From the IMG/VR virus record IMGVR_UViG_3300028837_001890, positions 1 through 57,735 of that record: a stretch of 57,735 bases of DNA; one strand, given 5' to 3'. Below the pieces are notes generated by a model. That model saw only the letters and a list, made by a program, of their open reading frames with translations, had not been told where the DNA came from and ran no database searches. Of the stretch, positions 1 through 10,208 are shown one piece after another. Origin of the DNA: a virus (taxonomy: Duplodnaviria > Caudoviricetes). The stretch's first letter is position 1, and every line of letters starts with the position of its first letter. Position numbers and translations under genes: made by a program.

Positions 1-19
1 ATCCTCTTTCTCCTCTTAA

Positions 20-319
20 TTATAAATTTAAAAAATTATTATATAATGATTCAATACTAAGTTCTTCTAAATAAGTTTCTATTAACCCCTCTTTTCCTAC
101 AATAAGTTTTCTTTTTAAATAAAAATTTTTAATTATGTTTTTTATTTCTTCTTTATAACAAAGTTTTAATAGCCATATAAAAAAATCAAATTCTTCTGAA
201 TTTAAAATAGGACTTTTAATGCTTACTACTCCATTTTCTAAATCAAGGTTTATGTCGCATTTTAGCTCTTTATATTCCGAAATATTTTTTAAAAAATCAT
301 AAATTAAATTACTAAGCAT
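20..319 (-). CDS. hypothetical protein
   Basis: ORF in minus-strand gene run, GAGG RBS. Confidence 0.55.
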   Translation of the reverse strand: MLSNLIYDFLKNISEYKELKCDINLDLENGVVSIKSPILNSEEFDFFIWLLKLCYKEEIKNIIKNFYLKRKLIVGKEGLIETYLEELSIESLYNNFLNL

Positions 320-322
320 TTT

Positions 323-646
323 TTATTCCTCTTTAATTTTTTCCGTTTTAATTTCTTTTATGATTTGAATAGGAATTAACATATAATCCCATACATATCT
401 TTTTTGCGTTTCATTAGGATTAGCAAAGATAATTCTATTAACAAGTAACATTAAATTTTCTGTTTTTTTATTGTACTTATAAAAATAACCACGCATCTCA
501 GCGAAATTAGTTTTATCTGAAACAAACTTATTTATCTCGTTTAACTCCCAACCTCTACCAGTTACACATCTATAAGTCGTTACATTAATCCAATCATCCT
601 CTGGAATAAGCTGATTAATTATGTCAAGAATTTTCTTTTTAAGCAT
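323..646 (-). CDS. hypothetical protein
   Basis: ORF with GAGG RBS, abuts next gene. Confidence 0.6.
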   Translation of the reverse strand: MLKKKILDIINQLIPEDDWINVTTYRCVTGRGWELNEINKFVSDKTNFAEMRGYFYKYNKKTENLMLLVNRIIFANPNETQKRYVWDYMLIPIQIIKEIKTEKIKEE

Positions 647-763
647 TTTTTATTCCTCTTTAAGTTTTTAGCTATGTTATCAATTTTTTTCATATTTTTT
701 ATAAAATTATCAGTATCCTGTAAATCAGTTTTTTCTTCTATACTGTATTTTTCATAGAATGAT

Positions 764-1264
764 TTAAATTTCATTTGTTTCTTCATCTGTGTTTTCCTCC
801 TCTTTAAGAAATTTCATTGTTTCCTCGATTCCTAGAGATTTATCGTTATCTGCTTTTAATGCTTCTTCACCATCTTTTTTATTAATGTTAAAATTTTTAT
901 CATAGTACTCTAATAGTTCTTTTACTAACGTTTCACGTGGAACATCATGACTGATTAATTTTTCAACACATGCTCCCATAAAATCCATTAAAAAATCATT
1001 TAATAATGTATGTAATTTAGCTCGCTCTTCATATTTTATTTGAAATTCAGACTGTAATTCTAAAAGCCCGATAGTCTCATAAACAGAGCATAGTTGATAT
1101 ATTATAAAAGGATAATTTTTAGTTTCAGTTGATTCATTGTTCTTTCTACTATCACATATCTTTTTAGCTTTTAATTCCAGCCATTTAGCTATTTTTTTTC
1201 CTTTAGGAGTATCTAACAACTGACGTCCTAAAGTACAGTTACCCCATTCAAGATTATTTGTCAT
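764..1264 (-). CDS. hypothetical protein
   Basis: 166-aa ORF with GAGG RBS. Confidence 0.65.
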   Translation of the reverse strand: MTNNLEWGNCTLGRQLLDTPKGKKIAKWLELKAKKICDSRKNNESTETKNYPFIIYQLCSVYETIGLLELQSEFQIKYEERAKLHTLLNDFLMDFMGACVEKLISHDVPRETLVKELLEYYDKNFNINKKDGEEALKADNDKSLGIEETMKFLKEEENTDEETNEI

Positions 1265-1433
1265 TTTTATGTATCCTCTTTTTCATCAAATCTTTTTAAT
1301 TTTAGTAAAATTTTTTTTATCGCATTTATATAAGTCAAATAATATTGTACTTATTTTTAAAGCATCAATTTCGTATAGTTTTTGCAATTGTTCTTGTTTA
1401 TTCATTTAAACCTCTCTTACTAATTATGAGCTA

Positions 1434-1462
1434 ATTATATTACAGTTAGTCTCATTTGTCAA
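1434..1462 (-). promoter_or_regulatory. sigma70 promoter
   Basis: TTGACA-17-TATAAT; cassette duplicated at 1957-1985. Confidence 0.85.
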
Positions 1463-1528
1463 GCATTTTATGTCTCATTACCCCAAACATCCCAACTATT
1501 CGTTTTTATATCTCCTTTTTTTATGAAA

Positions 1529-1855
1529 TTATTCGTCTTCTAATTGCTTAATTTGACGCTCTAATAAAATTTTAAGGTGGTTTAAAGCCTCTTTAGGAGT
1601 TTTAAATACACGGTTAAAAGGATATACACCACTCCCGCGAAATAATTCATCTAATTCAACAACAATATGTACTCCAAATATAGCATGAATTTTTATTATT
1701 TTTCCTTTAAGCACTGCAATATTATGAAAAGTAAAATCATAAAAAGGAGCATTACCCATCTCATCTTTTGCCATAAGCACATATACTTCGTCTCCAACTT
1801 TAAACTTCTTTAATTTTTTATAAAGTTTTTTTATATATAAATCGAATTTATTCAT
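1529..1855 (-). CDS. small SH3/KOW-like phage protein
   Basis: KFKVGDEVY...VFKTPKEA pattern shared with paralogs in the window. Confidence 0.6.
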   Translation of the reverse strand: MNKFDLYIKKLYKKLKKFKVGDEVYVLMAKDEMGNAPFYDFTFHNIAVLKGKIIKIHAIFGVHIVVELDELFRGSGVYPFNRVFKTPKEALNHLKILLERQIKQLEDE

Positions 1856-1956
1856 CTATTTTTCCTTCGCTGATTGTAATTTCATTGATGTAAAAAACCT
1901 ACTCTTCAATTCTGAATTTAATTTTCATTTAAATCTCTCTTATTAATTATGAGCTA

Positions 1957-1985
1957 ATTATATTACAATTAATTTCATTTGTCAA
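1957..1985 (-). promoter_or_regulatory. sigma70 promoter
   Basis: TTGACA-17-TATAAT. Confidence 0.85.
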
Positions 1986-2002
1986 GTATTTAGTGTTTTT
2001 TC

Positions 2003-2353
2003 TTAAGATAACACACTTAATAAATACCATTTAGGCTCTAACATAATTTTTTTTGTATATTTTTTGCAAAATTCTATTAATATTTTTCTTTCTTCGACAG
2101 TTATAATAAAACTATCTGGATAAAAACTTTTAAACTCCCCATCACCATATGTTGAAATAACTTTATTTCGAACTGCTATTATTTCTAATTGGTCATAAAT
2201 AAAAGCTTCAATCGGAAGCGATACACTACCATCTTGAATGTCCTTCCACCAATCGTCAATACAATAACCATATTTCTCTTTAGCCCAAACTCTTTCTTCG
2301 TCATTAATGTATGGTATACCATAATAAATAACTGCCTCCGGCCTCATTCCCAT
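2003..2353 (-). CDS. hypothetical protein
   Basis: ORF with GAGG RBS. Confidence 0.65.
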   Translation of the reverse strand: MGMRPEAVIYYGIPYINDEERVWAKEKYGYCIDDWWKDIQDGSVSLPIEAFIYDQLEIIAVRNKVISTYGDGEFKSFYPDSFIITVEERKILIEFCKKYTKKIMLEPKWYLLSVLS

Positions 2354-2377
2354 GATTTTATCCTCATAAATAATTTG

Positions 2378-2938
2378 TTAAATCTCATCACCCCAAACAT
2401 CCCAACCTTCTGTTTTTTCACGTGCAAATAACTCTATTCGCGATAAATTACCAAATAATAATTCAATATTTCTTCTGACTTTTTCAGGTTTTTTACTATG
2501 TTTAGTCCGTTCTGCTTCCACCTTTTGATATATATTATTTACCTTTTTATATTTAAGCATTCTACCTTTTGTACCAAATAAGCAAATCTCATAATTTTTC
2601 ATAGTCCAAGCGCCAAGGTTAGCAACCGTTTTACCTGTTTTAGTTTTCTTTTCCCATATAAACGCAATAGTTATATATTTAAAACCCCAAGCTTCGATAA
2701 CTTCTATAGCTTCTTTAATATGTGCGTCTGTTGACCATAGGAACAAAGCACAATCATCATCTGTTATTTCTTTTACAGGTAAATTTTTAATCCAATTTTT
2801 ATGCTGTGTTTGATAATGTTTATTTATACTTGTAAATCTTTTACCATTATATTTTTGTAGTTCTTTACTGCTAAAAGACCAAGGAGGGTCAGCATATATT
2901 ATTTTATATTTCTTGTTTGGAAACGGTATATAATTCAT
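2378..2938 (-). CDS. MT-A70 family N6-adenine methyltransferase
   Basis: IIYADPPW, ALFLW, HSKKPE, RIELFAR, GWDVWGDE motifs. Confidence 0.92.
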   Translation of the reverse strand: MNYIPFPNKKYKIIYADPPWSFSSKELQKYNGKRFTSINKHYQTQHKNWIKNLPVKEITDDDCALFLWSTDAHIKEAIEVIEAWGFKYITIAFIWEKKTKTGKTVANLGAWTMKNYEICLFGTKGRMLKYKKVNNIYQKVEAERTKHSKKPEKVRRNIELLFGNLSRIELFAREKTEGWDVWGDEI

Positions 2939-2940
2939 CT

Positions 2941-3828
2941 TTAAGTATTTAGTGTTTTCTCACATAATTTATGTATTTCTAATAAAATCTGTTTTTCATT
3001 AATAGCAGATACATTTATAGCTTTTTCTAATGAGCCATAATGCATTTCTAAACATTGTAATAATAACCGTTTTATTGCTTTTTCGTCAGGATAATGTTGT
3101 AGAGAACTCGAAGTATAAAGTGATTCTAATTCTCGCTCCTTAGTAGTAAAATAATCCTCTATTTGTTGTAATGTCCATTCTCCTGATCTAATCGCTTTTA
3201 ATTGTTCTTTATTACGCATTAAATTTAGATCGCCCTCAATTAAAATTTGCTCAACTTCATTTAATAATCTAACTAGATGATAAGCATATTTAACATCGTA
3301 ACCATATTTTTTAACTGTTTTAAGTCTATCGCCAACAGGATTCTTTATCTTTATTTTATGTAGTTGAGAATAAGCATAACCTTTAAACTTAAACCAAGCC
3401 CCTTTATGTAAAAATAATTTTCGATTCTCTCTAAGTAAATTACCTATTTGAGTAATATGTATTATAAAATTTTGCTCTACGAATAATGAATCCACAATAT
3501 TCGGATTATTTTTCATTAATAAATCAAAGTATTTAACGATGGAATAAATACAGAAGTCATAACTTTTATTACAACTATCATCAAAAACGTGATGTCTTTC
3601 CCACTGATGAAATCTAGGCGTCTGAATTCCAAAATCTATTATTTCCCCAGCTAAATGAGGAAAAATAACATGTTTCTGAGGAATACAGATACCATAAATA
3701 TCATTATCTGAATTTTCATTCTCACATCCGTAACAGAGAGAACCCATTCGCGTTAAATAAATAGTATTCTCTATAAGCCATGAGGGTGGCGATATAAGTT
3801 TTTTATCTCTTAATTTTTTTAATAACAT
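2941..3828 (-). CDS. Pol-beta superfamily nucleotidyltransferase (phage NrdC.11/YcgL-like)
   Basis: GSxxYG...SDxDxxG motif; NPN; GYAYSQL; GYDVKYAYHLVRLL. Confidence 0.85.
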   Translation of the reverse strand: MLLKKLRDKKLISPPSWLIENTIYLTRMGSLCYGCENENSDNDIYGICIPQKHVIFPHLAGEIIDFGIQTPRFHQWERHHVFDDSCNKSYDFCIYSIVKYFDLLMKNNPNIVDSLFVEQNFIIHITQIGNLLRENRKLFLHKGAWFKFKGYAYSQLHKIKIKNPVGDRLKTVKKYGYDVKYAYHLVRLLNEVEQILIEGDLNLMRNKEQLKAIRSGEWTLQQIEDYFTTKERELESLYTSSSLQHYPDEKAIKRLLLQCLEMHYGSLEKAINVSAINEKQILLEIHKLCEKTLNT

Positions 3829-3859
3829 TTTTTAATCCTTATAAAAATTATTCTTCATT

Positions 3860-4459
3860 TTACTTTGTACTATCTATTACTTTGTAATTAAAGGGGTAAA
3901 ATAATTCTACCTTAGAATTATAATCATCTAAATAATCTTTATTTTTATTATTACAACATGTTCCCTCTAAATGAGCTAACAATAATTTAAATTGCTCATC
4001 TATTTTATTTCGCAATTTGATTTTTATATTTTTATACTTTAATAAATAATTTAAAAAAACCTTTGATCCAAAAAAATCAGCACTTTTATTTGTATACGTT
4101 AAACAGTTAATTGCATGTTTTTGCATAAGTTTAATATTTCTTTGCAAATAATTTTTATCGTTTAAAAACATTTTTCTTATTATTTGTCGCTCTATAAAAT
4201 ATTCTGATGAAAAAAACATGTATATAATTTGTTTTTTACCGTCAACACTAAAGATAAAAGGTTTAATAGTTAAATAATATGTATTAAGTCCTATCCAATC
4301 TACTGTTTCTACATCTATATATACTTCAACATGTCTAGTTTTATAAATTATATTGTTTATATTATTTTTTATATGTATCGGCATTTTTTCAAAATAACTA
4401 GACATTCCAGACAACTTAACATCTTTTAATGACTTCAGTTGTTGTTTTATTTTCTTCAT
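3860..4459 (-). CDS. hypothetical protein
   Basis: 199-aa ORF overlapping upstream stop. Confidence 0.6.
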   Translation of the reverse strand: MKKIKQQLKSLKDVKLSGMSSYFEKMPIHIKNNINNIIYKTRHVEVYIDVETVDWIGLNTYYLTIKPFIFSVDGKKQIIYMFFSSEYFIERQIIRKMFLNDKNYLQRNIKLMQKHAINCLTYTNKSADFFGSKVFLNYLLKYKNIKIKLRNKIDEQFKLLLAHLEGTCCNNKNKDYLDDYNSKVELFYPFNYKVIDSTK

Positions 4460-5112
4460 TTTTTCGTCCTAAATAATTTAACAATAAAACTTTTTATTTT
4501 TTGTATAAATAATTTCTTTACTTTTTTAGTATTTACTGAAAAAACATCAGGCATCCATGGAAAAGTAAGTGGAAAAGGATTAGCAGTTAGATCGGTTAGT
4601 TTTAAAGACATTATTAATTGTGCTTTTTTAAAATCAAGAAAATACTCATTATTTTTTAATTTTTCTATTATATCTCTACTTAAAAGTTCTAATACCTGAT
4701 TTTCATTAGTTTCATTTGAAAAATACCGATACATAAGTTCAGTTATTCTATTTGTTTTCTTTTTAACTTTTAATGTCTTAGCTTTCTTTTTATTCTTTTG
4801 AGATTGAAATTTACAACCATCCGCATAACAAATAAGTGTTTTCTTATTAGATTTAGTTTTTATAGATTTAGTTTTTATAGATTTAGTTTTTACTTTAATA
4901 TAAACTTTAGGCTGCCCGTGTTTCTTTTTATTTGTTTTAATACACTCTATGAGTCCTTTTTTTCGTAAATGATAAAGATAATGCGATATCTCTGTTATAG
5001 TTATTTTTGAATTTTTCTTTTTTACTAATTGTAATATTTTTTGAGACGTAAACTCAGATGTCATTTTATTTATAGCTTCCTTAATAATAGAAGCTTTAGA
5101 TTGCTTTTTCAT
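4456..5112 (-). CDS. basic protein, possible winged-HTH
   Basis: start moved to MKKQSK at 5112 (AGGAG RBS; upstream part is the tRNA); ISHYLYHLRKKGLIE resembles a wHTH; short KTKSI repeats. Confidence 0.6.
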   Translation of the reverse strand: MKKQSKASIIKEAINKMTSEFTSQKILQLVKKKNSKITITEISHYLYHLRKKGLIECIKTNKKKHGQPKVYIKVKTKSIKTKSIKTKSNKKTLICYADGCKFQSQKNKKKAKTLKVKKKTNRITELMYRYFSNETNENQVLELLSRDIIEKLKNNEYFLDFKKAQLIMSLKLTDLTANPFPLTFPWMPDVFSVNTKKVKKLFIQKIKSFIVKLFRTKK

Positions 5113-5133
5113 TTTTGATCTCCTGTATTTAAA

Positions 5134-5209
5134 TGGCGGGCAAGACGATATTCGAACTCGCAACCGCTCGCGTGACAGGCGAGCATTCTACCGTTAGAAC
5201 TACTTACCC
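5134..5209 (-). tRNA. tRNA-Asp(GTC)
   Basis: cloverleaf; anticodon arm CTCGC-CT GTC AC-GCGAG; encoded CCA; G53-A61 mismatch. Confidence 0.9.
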
Positions 5210-5216
5210 TTAAACT

Positions 5217-5744
5217 TTAATTATTTTTTTGTTTATCTAATAAAAGACGCATTTTTTCAATTGCTTTATCTTTTATCTGACCAACTCGTTGACGACTACC
5301 TTTTTTATTATAATCAGATATCTCGTCTAATGTATAACATTGTTTATATGGTTTTAAACCATAATACATTTTAATTACTTCTTGTTGCTCTTCACTTAAC
5401 TCATTTAAAACATTTAAAACTTTCTTTTTAGAATTTAACTCTATTTCTTTTTTTATAACTTTCACACTCTTATCAATTAAATCAATCCATAATGAACTAT
5501 AACCTAAAGTCTGACGTAAAAAATATTTCTCGTCTATAATTAAATTATTATTTGTGTTTTTTTTAAAAAAATTATTTATCCCCTTAACCGGATAATACAT
5601 TTTTCTTCCTACCATTTTAGAAGGAATTCTTATACGTCCTGTATCTCCACGCCAATTAGATAATGTAGATAAACTTATATTTAAAACTTTTATTACTTCT
5701 TTAGAATTATAATATTCTTTACCATCACTCAAAACTACAGTCAT
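5217..5744 (-). CDS. excisionase-like HTH fused to sigma70 region-4 domain
   Basis: N-term EVIKVLNISLSTLSNWR; C-term LSEEQQEVIKMYYGL...TLDEIS...SRQRVGQIKDKAIEKMR. Confidence 0.75.
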   Translation of the reverse strand: MTVVLSDGKEYYNSKEVIKVLNISLSTLSNWRGDTGRIRIPSKMVGRKMYYPVKGINNFFKKNTNNNLIIDEKYFLRQTLGYSSLWIDLIDKSVKVIKKEIELNSKKKVLNVLNELSEEQQEVIKMYYGLKPYKQCYTLDEISDYNKKGSRQRVGQIKDKAIEKMRLLLDKQKNN

Positions 5745-5787
5745 TTATTAACCTCTTTTTTAAATTTGATTTGATCTCTTTTGTGAC

Positions 5788-5815
5788 ATTATACCTATAA
5801 AAAATCAAATGTCAA
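5788..5815 (-). promoter_or_regulatory. sigma70 promoter
   Basis: TTGACA-16-TATAAT. Confidence 0.75.
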
Positions 5816-5827
5816 GTACAGTTTAAA

Positions 5828-6118
5828 TTAATAGTAAAATTTATCACTAACCTTATTCACAGCTAATATTTTATTGTGCCAGTACTTAATAGTTTCTTTT
5901 TCTTTATTACTAAGTTTTTCTCTATTTCCTTTATTTTTAAAAACCTCTTCAACATCAAATTTTTCTTTTAAACTCTCTAATGTAGCGTCTTCCTGTTTTA
6001 AACTATCATTATATTCAATATAACTATTAATTCTTTTAGGCATATTCTTTGTATCGAATAATTCTTTAAATACTTTTTCGAAATCTGTACAATCTTGGAT
6101 TATATATTTTTTATTCAT
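5828..6118 (-). CDS. hypothetical protein
   Basis: 96-aa ORF. Confidence 0.5.
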   Translation of the reverse strand: MNKKYIIQDCTDFEKVFKELFDTKNMPKRINSYIEYNDSLKQEDATLESLKEKFDVEEVFKNKGNREKLSNKEKETIKYWHNKILAVNKVSDKFYY

Positions 6119-6131
6119 TTAAAACATACCC

Positions 6132-6473
6132 ATGCATATTAATGAACTTAATGAAATTCGTATAAAAGAATTCGATAAACAAGAATTTTATTCTTATGAC
6201 GAAGCAAATACTGTAATTTTAAAATTTCCATTGATAGAATTAGCTGTTAAACCAAATCTTTCTTTAGCCGCTAAAGGCTTATTATTAGAAATAATAATCC
6301 GTAATACTAAAATATTTAAACCTTATGAGTTTATTAGGTCTTCTATAACTCATAATGAATTAAAATGTCTTTTTAAAGAATTAGCTTTAAACAGCTATAT
6401 CGAACCTGTATTCTATAAATCGTCAAATGATATAACAAAAAAAGGATGGCGATTAATTAAAGTTATCGACTAA
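6132..6473 (+). CDS. possible wHTH protein
   Basis: NLSLAAKGLL...FKELALNSYI resembles replication-initiator-type HTH N-termini. Confidence 0.5.
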   Translation: MHINELNEIRIKEFDKQEFYSYDEANTVILKFPLIELAVKPNLSLAAKGLLLEIIIRNTKIFKPYEFIRSSITHNELKCLFKELALNSYIEPVFYKSSNDITKKGWRLIKVID

Positions 6474-7204
6474 TTTAAAGTAATAAATTTTATTGATAAT
6501 AACTTAGTTATTAATTGTTTATCTATTTTTGTAAATACATTAAATATATTTAAAATATTTATTTTATTTTTAATAGGCTCAAAACCATAATAATCATCAA
6601 AATGCTCTACTTGTAACTCTAAAATTTTCTTAACATATAGATATCTTAAATAACTTAAACTAAATGTATCTTTTTTCAATCTTAATTTTAAGTTTGAGAA
6701 TTTATTTTTAAAAACCTCAAACTCTTTTTTACCCCCCCAATTAGTTAAAAAAAGTTTAAATTTATTATCAATATCTTTATCATTATAAAATACCTCGTGA
6801 AAATCAATTTTTACTTTATTTACTATTTTACGAAGTTTAACTTTAGCTGTAATAAAAACATTTTTTAATTTTTTATAAAATAATTGCGTTATAACTAGCT
6901 TTAAAATTTTATCGTAATCTTCTTTATTTAGTTTAGAGTTATTTAATTTAAATTGTAATTGTTTATCTATTAAAATAAGCTCGCTATTATAAACTATATA
7001 TAAAATTGACGGTGAAAATAAATTAAATATTTTATTTATTTTACTTGACGCCTCATCTTTATTTAGATTTTTTTTATTTTTATTGTAATCCTCATTTATT
7101 TTTATCAGCGCATCAATTGAAAAATACTTAATCATAAAATCTTCAAATGTAGTACATGTAGCACAAAGTCTTTTTATTACTTTAATTTCTTCGTTATTAA
7201 TCAT
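6470..7204 (-). CDS. hypothetical protein
   Basis: 244-aa ORF. Confidence 0.65.
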   Translation of the reverse strand: MINNEEIKVIKRLCATCTTFEDFMIKYFSIDALIKINEDYNKNKKNLNKDEASSKINKIFNLFSPSILYIVYNSELILIDKQLQFKLNNSKLNKEDYDKILKLVITQLFYKKLKNVFITAKVKLRKIVNKVKIDFHEVFYNDKDIDNKFKLFLTNWGGKKEFEVFKNKFSNLKLRLKKDTFSLSYLRYLYVKKILELQVEHFDDYYGFEPIKNKINILNIFNVFTKIDKQLITKLLSIKFITLN

Positions 7205-7601
7205 TTTTTAAATTTTTCTCTATTATTGTAAAGTCTATTTTAGGTAGATATATTTTAATATCCGTAAGTGTTACTTTTTCTTTAAAGCCTTTTTTCATTA
7301 AAGACTTAGTTTTATTAAGAATAAAAACCTCTCCTTTAGAAGAATCAATTTCTTTTTTAAATTTTTGAATAATATATTCTTTTTTTAATAATTCATGATA
7401 CTTTAACATAGTCTCTTTTGAAGCGCATAATAAATTATAAGCTTCCTCTACTTCTTTAAATGCTTTTGCGTCTTCAACAGTATCAGTAAGACGAATTAAA
7501 TTAGCGTCATAATTCAATATCCATAAATTAGATAAATCATTTGACTGATTCTCTGAGTTATTTACTACTTTAACTACATAATATTCTTTTTTGTGTTCCA
7601 T
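7197..7601 (-). CDS. hypothetical protein
   Basis: ORF with GAGG RBS downstream of a promoter. Confidence 0.65.
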   Translation of the reverse strand: MEHKKEYYVVKVVNNSENQSNDLSNLWILNYDANLIRLTDTVEDAKAFKEVEEAYNLLCASKETMLKYHELLKKEYIIQKFKKEIDSSKGEVFILNKTKSLMKKGFKEKVTLTDIKIYLPKIDFTIIEKNLKND

Positions 7602-7638
7602 TGTTTTAACCTCTATTTAAAAATAATAATTATACTTT

Positions 7639-7667
7639 ATTATATAATTAATAAAGTTAATTGTCAA
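7639..7667 (-). promoter_or_regulatory. sigma70 promoter
   Basis: TTGACA-17-TATAAT. Confidence 0.85.
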
Positions 7668-7978
7668 GTTTGGTTGGTGTGGTTATTTTATAAGCTTTAA
7701 TAATCCGCATTAAATAAATTCCACATTAAATAAATTTTCTGATTGCTGATACCTAATTTTTAATTTCTCTAACCACTCATCTAAATTTTTATTTGACATT
7801 TCATCTAAATGCTCTATTTTATAGTATATTTTTGGTGATTGTATGATTCATATAACCAAAAAGTGGTTTTTCCCCTTTTTTATTCCACATAATGGGTTTA
7901 GTACATTTTGGACATTTAACGTCTAATAATTTTATAATTTTCATCTTTCCTCCTCTATTGCCTGTAATACACATTATT

Positions 7979-8194
7979 TTATAAGCTTAAATATATTTTT
8001 TTGACTTCATTTTGCCAATTTTTATTAGGGCATGGAGGACAATTTTTTTTCATATATGTGTATGCTTCTTCAGCAGTAGAAAATAAGGTTATTCTTTTTA
8101 AAACTTCTATAGGTGTAAAAGAATTTTTTTCTTCTAAATAATATATTTCTTTGTCAATTTGACTAACACTCACAATAGTAAATTTTATAATCAT
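7979..8194 (-). CDS. hypothetical protein
   Basis: AGGAGG RBS; bounded by repeat sites. Confidence 0.65.
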   Translation of the reverse strand: MIIKFTIVSVSQIDKEIYYLEEKNSFTPIEVLKRITLFSTAEEAYTYMKKNCPPCPNKNWQNEVKKIYLSL

Positions 8195-8222
8195 CTATCC
8201 TCCTTACCGTCGGTTATACATG

Positions 8223-8483
8223 TTATTTATCTTTTTTATCTGCTAAAAATAATTCTTTCCAGCATTCTGCTATATCGTTTTCGCCATTACATTTATCGCA
8301 TTTTTTACCTCCACTTAATCCTAAATTAGCAGGACAATCCTGAGAGGAGTTTGATAAAAATTCACACGCCTCATCTAAGGCTTTTTTATAATTTTTCACA
8401 TTCATTGTTTCATTCATTTCATTTTCATATTTTTCTTTTTTAATTTGATTTTGAGCAAATCGTTTTAATTCTTCTTTCGTCAT
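8223..8483 (-). CDS. small Cys-rich protein
   Basis: C...CP...CDKC...CW; stop codon is part of a repeat site. Confidence 0.65.
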   Translation of the reverse strand: MTKEELKRFAQNQIKKEKYENEMNETMNVKNYKKALDEACEFLSNSSQDCPANLGLSGGKKCDKCNGENDIAECWKELFLADKKDK

Positions 8484-8523
8484 CTTTCTCCTCTGTTAAG
8501 TTAAAGTTATTTCTTTATCTACA

Positions 8524-9450
8524 TTATTTTTTTATATTACTCCATATTTTTTCAACCATTAATGGAATTACTGCATTTCCAAGTTGTCTGTATCCTTGAA
8601 CTCCATCGCTTACAAAATGATTTTTAGGAAAACCCATTAATTTTTTGTATTCATTGATTGATAATTTTCTAATTTTATTATTAATAAGATACAATCCTGT
8701 TTTAGCTCCCATACCACCTCCATTTGCAGATAATGTAACTGCGTGTACTTTTGGGCTATATATTCTTTCGCCTTGACCGCCTTTGTTTATAATGCCAAGC
8801 CTTATTAATTTTAAACTATACTCTATATTTTTTGAGTCCTTAGTATATTTTATATCTGTCCTATTTATAAATAAGTTTTTATCAATCTCTTTATCTAAAA
8901 CATTCTCTAAATATATTTTTATATATGTTTCTTTCGGCCTGTTAGATGATAAATTTAAGTCTTTTCTTAAACAAACAAAATAAACTCTTTTTCTAGCTTG
9001 AGGAATACCAAAAAAAGAAGCGTTGAGAACATGCATAAAGACATTATAACCTATTTCATTTAATTTATTTTCTATTGTTTTAATTACACCGCCATTGTTA
9101 ATGCTAAGTATATTTTTTACATTTTCTAAGAGTAATATGGACGGTTGATGATACTCTGCTATTCTGATTATTTCATAAAAAAGCCGTCCTCTATTATCTA
9201 AAATACCTTTTCTTTTTCCTGATATGCTAAAAGACTGACATGGAAAACCCGCACATAATACATCGTGCTTTGGAATTTTTTTAGCTGGTATTTCTGATAT
9301 ATCCCCCTTTGGCATATCTTTAAAATTTTTAAAATAAACTTTTTGTACATGCTTATCTATATCACTGGAAAAAACACATTGTAACCCTTGTTTTTCCAGT
9401 GCTAATCGGAAACCACCTATCCCACAAAATAAATCTATAAATTTATTCAT
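8524..9450 (-). CDS. DNA cytosine-C5 methyltransferase, M.HhaI-like
   Basis: FxGxGG, GFPCQ, ENV, QxRxR, GNA motifs; target-recognition region KGGQGERIYS...TLSANGGG..AKTG closely resembles M.HhaI (GCGC). Confidence 0.95.
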   Translation of the reverse strand: MNKFIDLFCGIGGFRLALEKQGLQCVFSSDIDKHVQKVYFKNFKDMPKGDISEIPAKKIPKHDVLCAGFPCQSFSISGKRKGILDNRGRLFYEIIRIAEYHQPSILLLENVKNILSINNGGVIKTIENKLNEIGYNVFMHVLNASFFGIPQARKRVYFVCLRKDLNLSSNRPKETYIKIYLENVLDKEIDKNLFINRTDIKYTKDSKNIEYSLKLIRLGIINKGGQGERIYSPKVHAVTLSANGGGMGAKTGLYLINNKIRKLSINEYKKLMGFPKNHFVSDGVQGYRQLGNAVIPLMVEKIWSNIKK

Positions 9451-9495
9451 TTATCAATCATCTCTCCTTCTATTTCCAGTAATACACATTATTTT

Positions 9496-9636
9496 TTAAA
9501 TTCCACATAAAATATATTTATCTTTCTTTTCTTCAATCCACCACCATTTAAGATTTAATCGTTTTTTAAAAGCATTAATAAAAAGTAAAAGCTTATCAAT
9601 ATCAATAAACTCTTTTTTAAAAACTTGTTTGTTCAT
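9496..9636 (-). CDS. 46-aa hypothetical protein (not in ORF track)
   Basis: hand-translated MNKQVFKKEF...YILCGI*, GAGG RBS, between two repeat sites. Confidence 0.55.
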   Translation of the reverse strand: MNKQVFKKEFIDIDKLLLFINAFKKRLNLKWWWIEEKKDKYILCGI

Positions 9637-9705
9637 CTTATTTATCCTCTGTTAAGTTATCCGGATTTTCCGGAATATTGATTGTCGGTAATACGCATTA
9701 TTTTT

Positions 9706-9876
9706 TTAATTTATTTGGATTGAATATGCTATTAATCCTAATATTAAAAAAAGCATAATTTCTATAAATGAGCATACTTTTTGATTAAATAAATTATTAA
9801 TAATATTAATAAAAGGAATCATTAAAGCACACGAAATCAACCAACAAAAAATTAAATCTTTTTCTTTATTATTCAT
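9706..9876 (-). CDS. 56-aa two-TM membrane protein (not in ORF track)
   Basis: hand-translated MNNKEKDLIFCWLISCALMIPFI...IMLFLILGLIAYSIQIN*, GAGG RBS. Confidence 0.6.
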   Translation of the reverse strand: MNNKEKDLIFCWLISCALMIPFINIINNLFNQKVCSFIEIMLFLILGLIAYSIQIN

Positions 9877-9891
9877 TTTCTTTATCCTCTG

Positions 9892-10101
9892 TTAAGTTTC
9901 TTCTACTATTTTACCAATAATGAATTGCTCTAATATTCGCTCACCATTGATCACAAAAATCTGTGAATAATTATCCAGGGGAAAGTATTTATTATTCTCA
10001 TTCACATATTTTATAATTTTATGAACAGTTCCAGTTAGGATTTCATTGTTCATTAAACTATTTTTATATAAAACTTTATCTCCTGTTTTTATATCTTTCA
10101 C
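9892..10101 (-). CDS. small SH3/KOW-like protein
   Basis: IKTGDKVLY; GAGGAG RBS. Confidence 0.6.
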   Translation of the reverse strand: MKDIKTGDKVLYKNSLMNNEILTGTVHKIIKYVNENNKYFPLDNYSQIFVINGERILEQFIIGKIVEET

Positions 10102-10208
10102 GATTATTTCTCCTCTGTTAATATAAATATTATTTTTTCATTTAATAATTTTCTATAAGCACGTCTTGAATAGTTTTTTGTAGGTAAATTCACAATCGTC
10201 GCCTCTTG

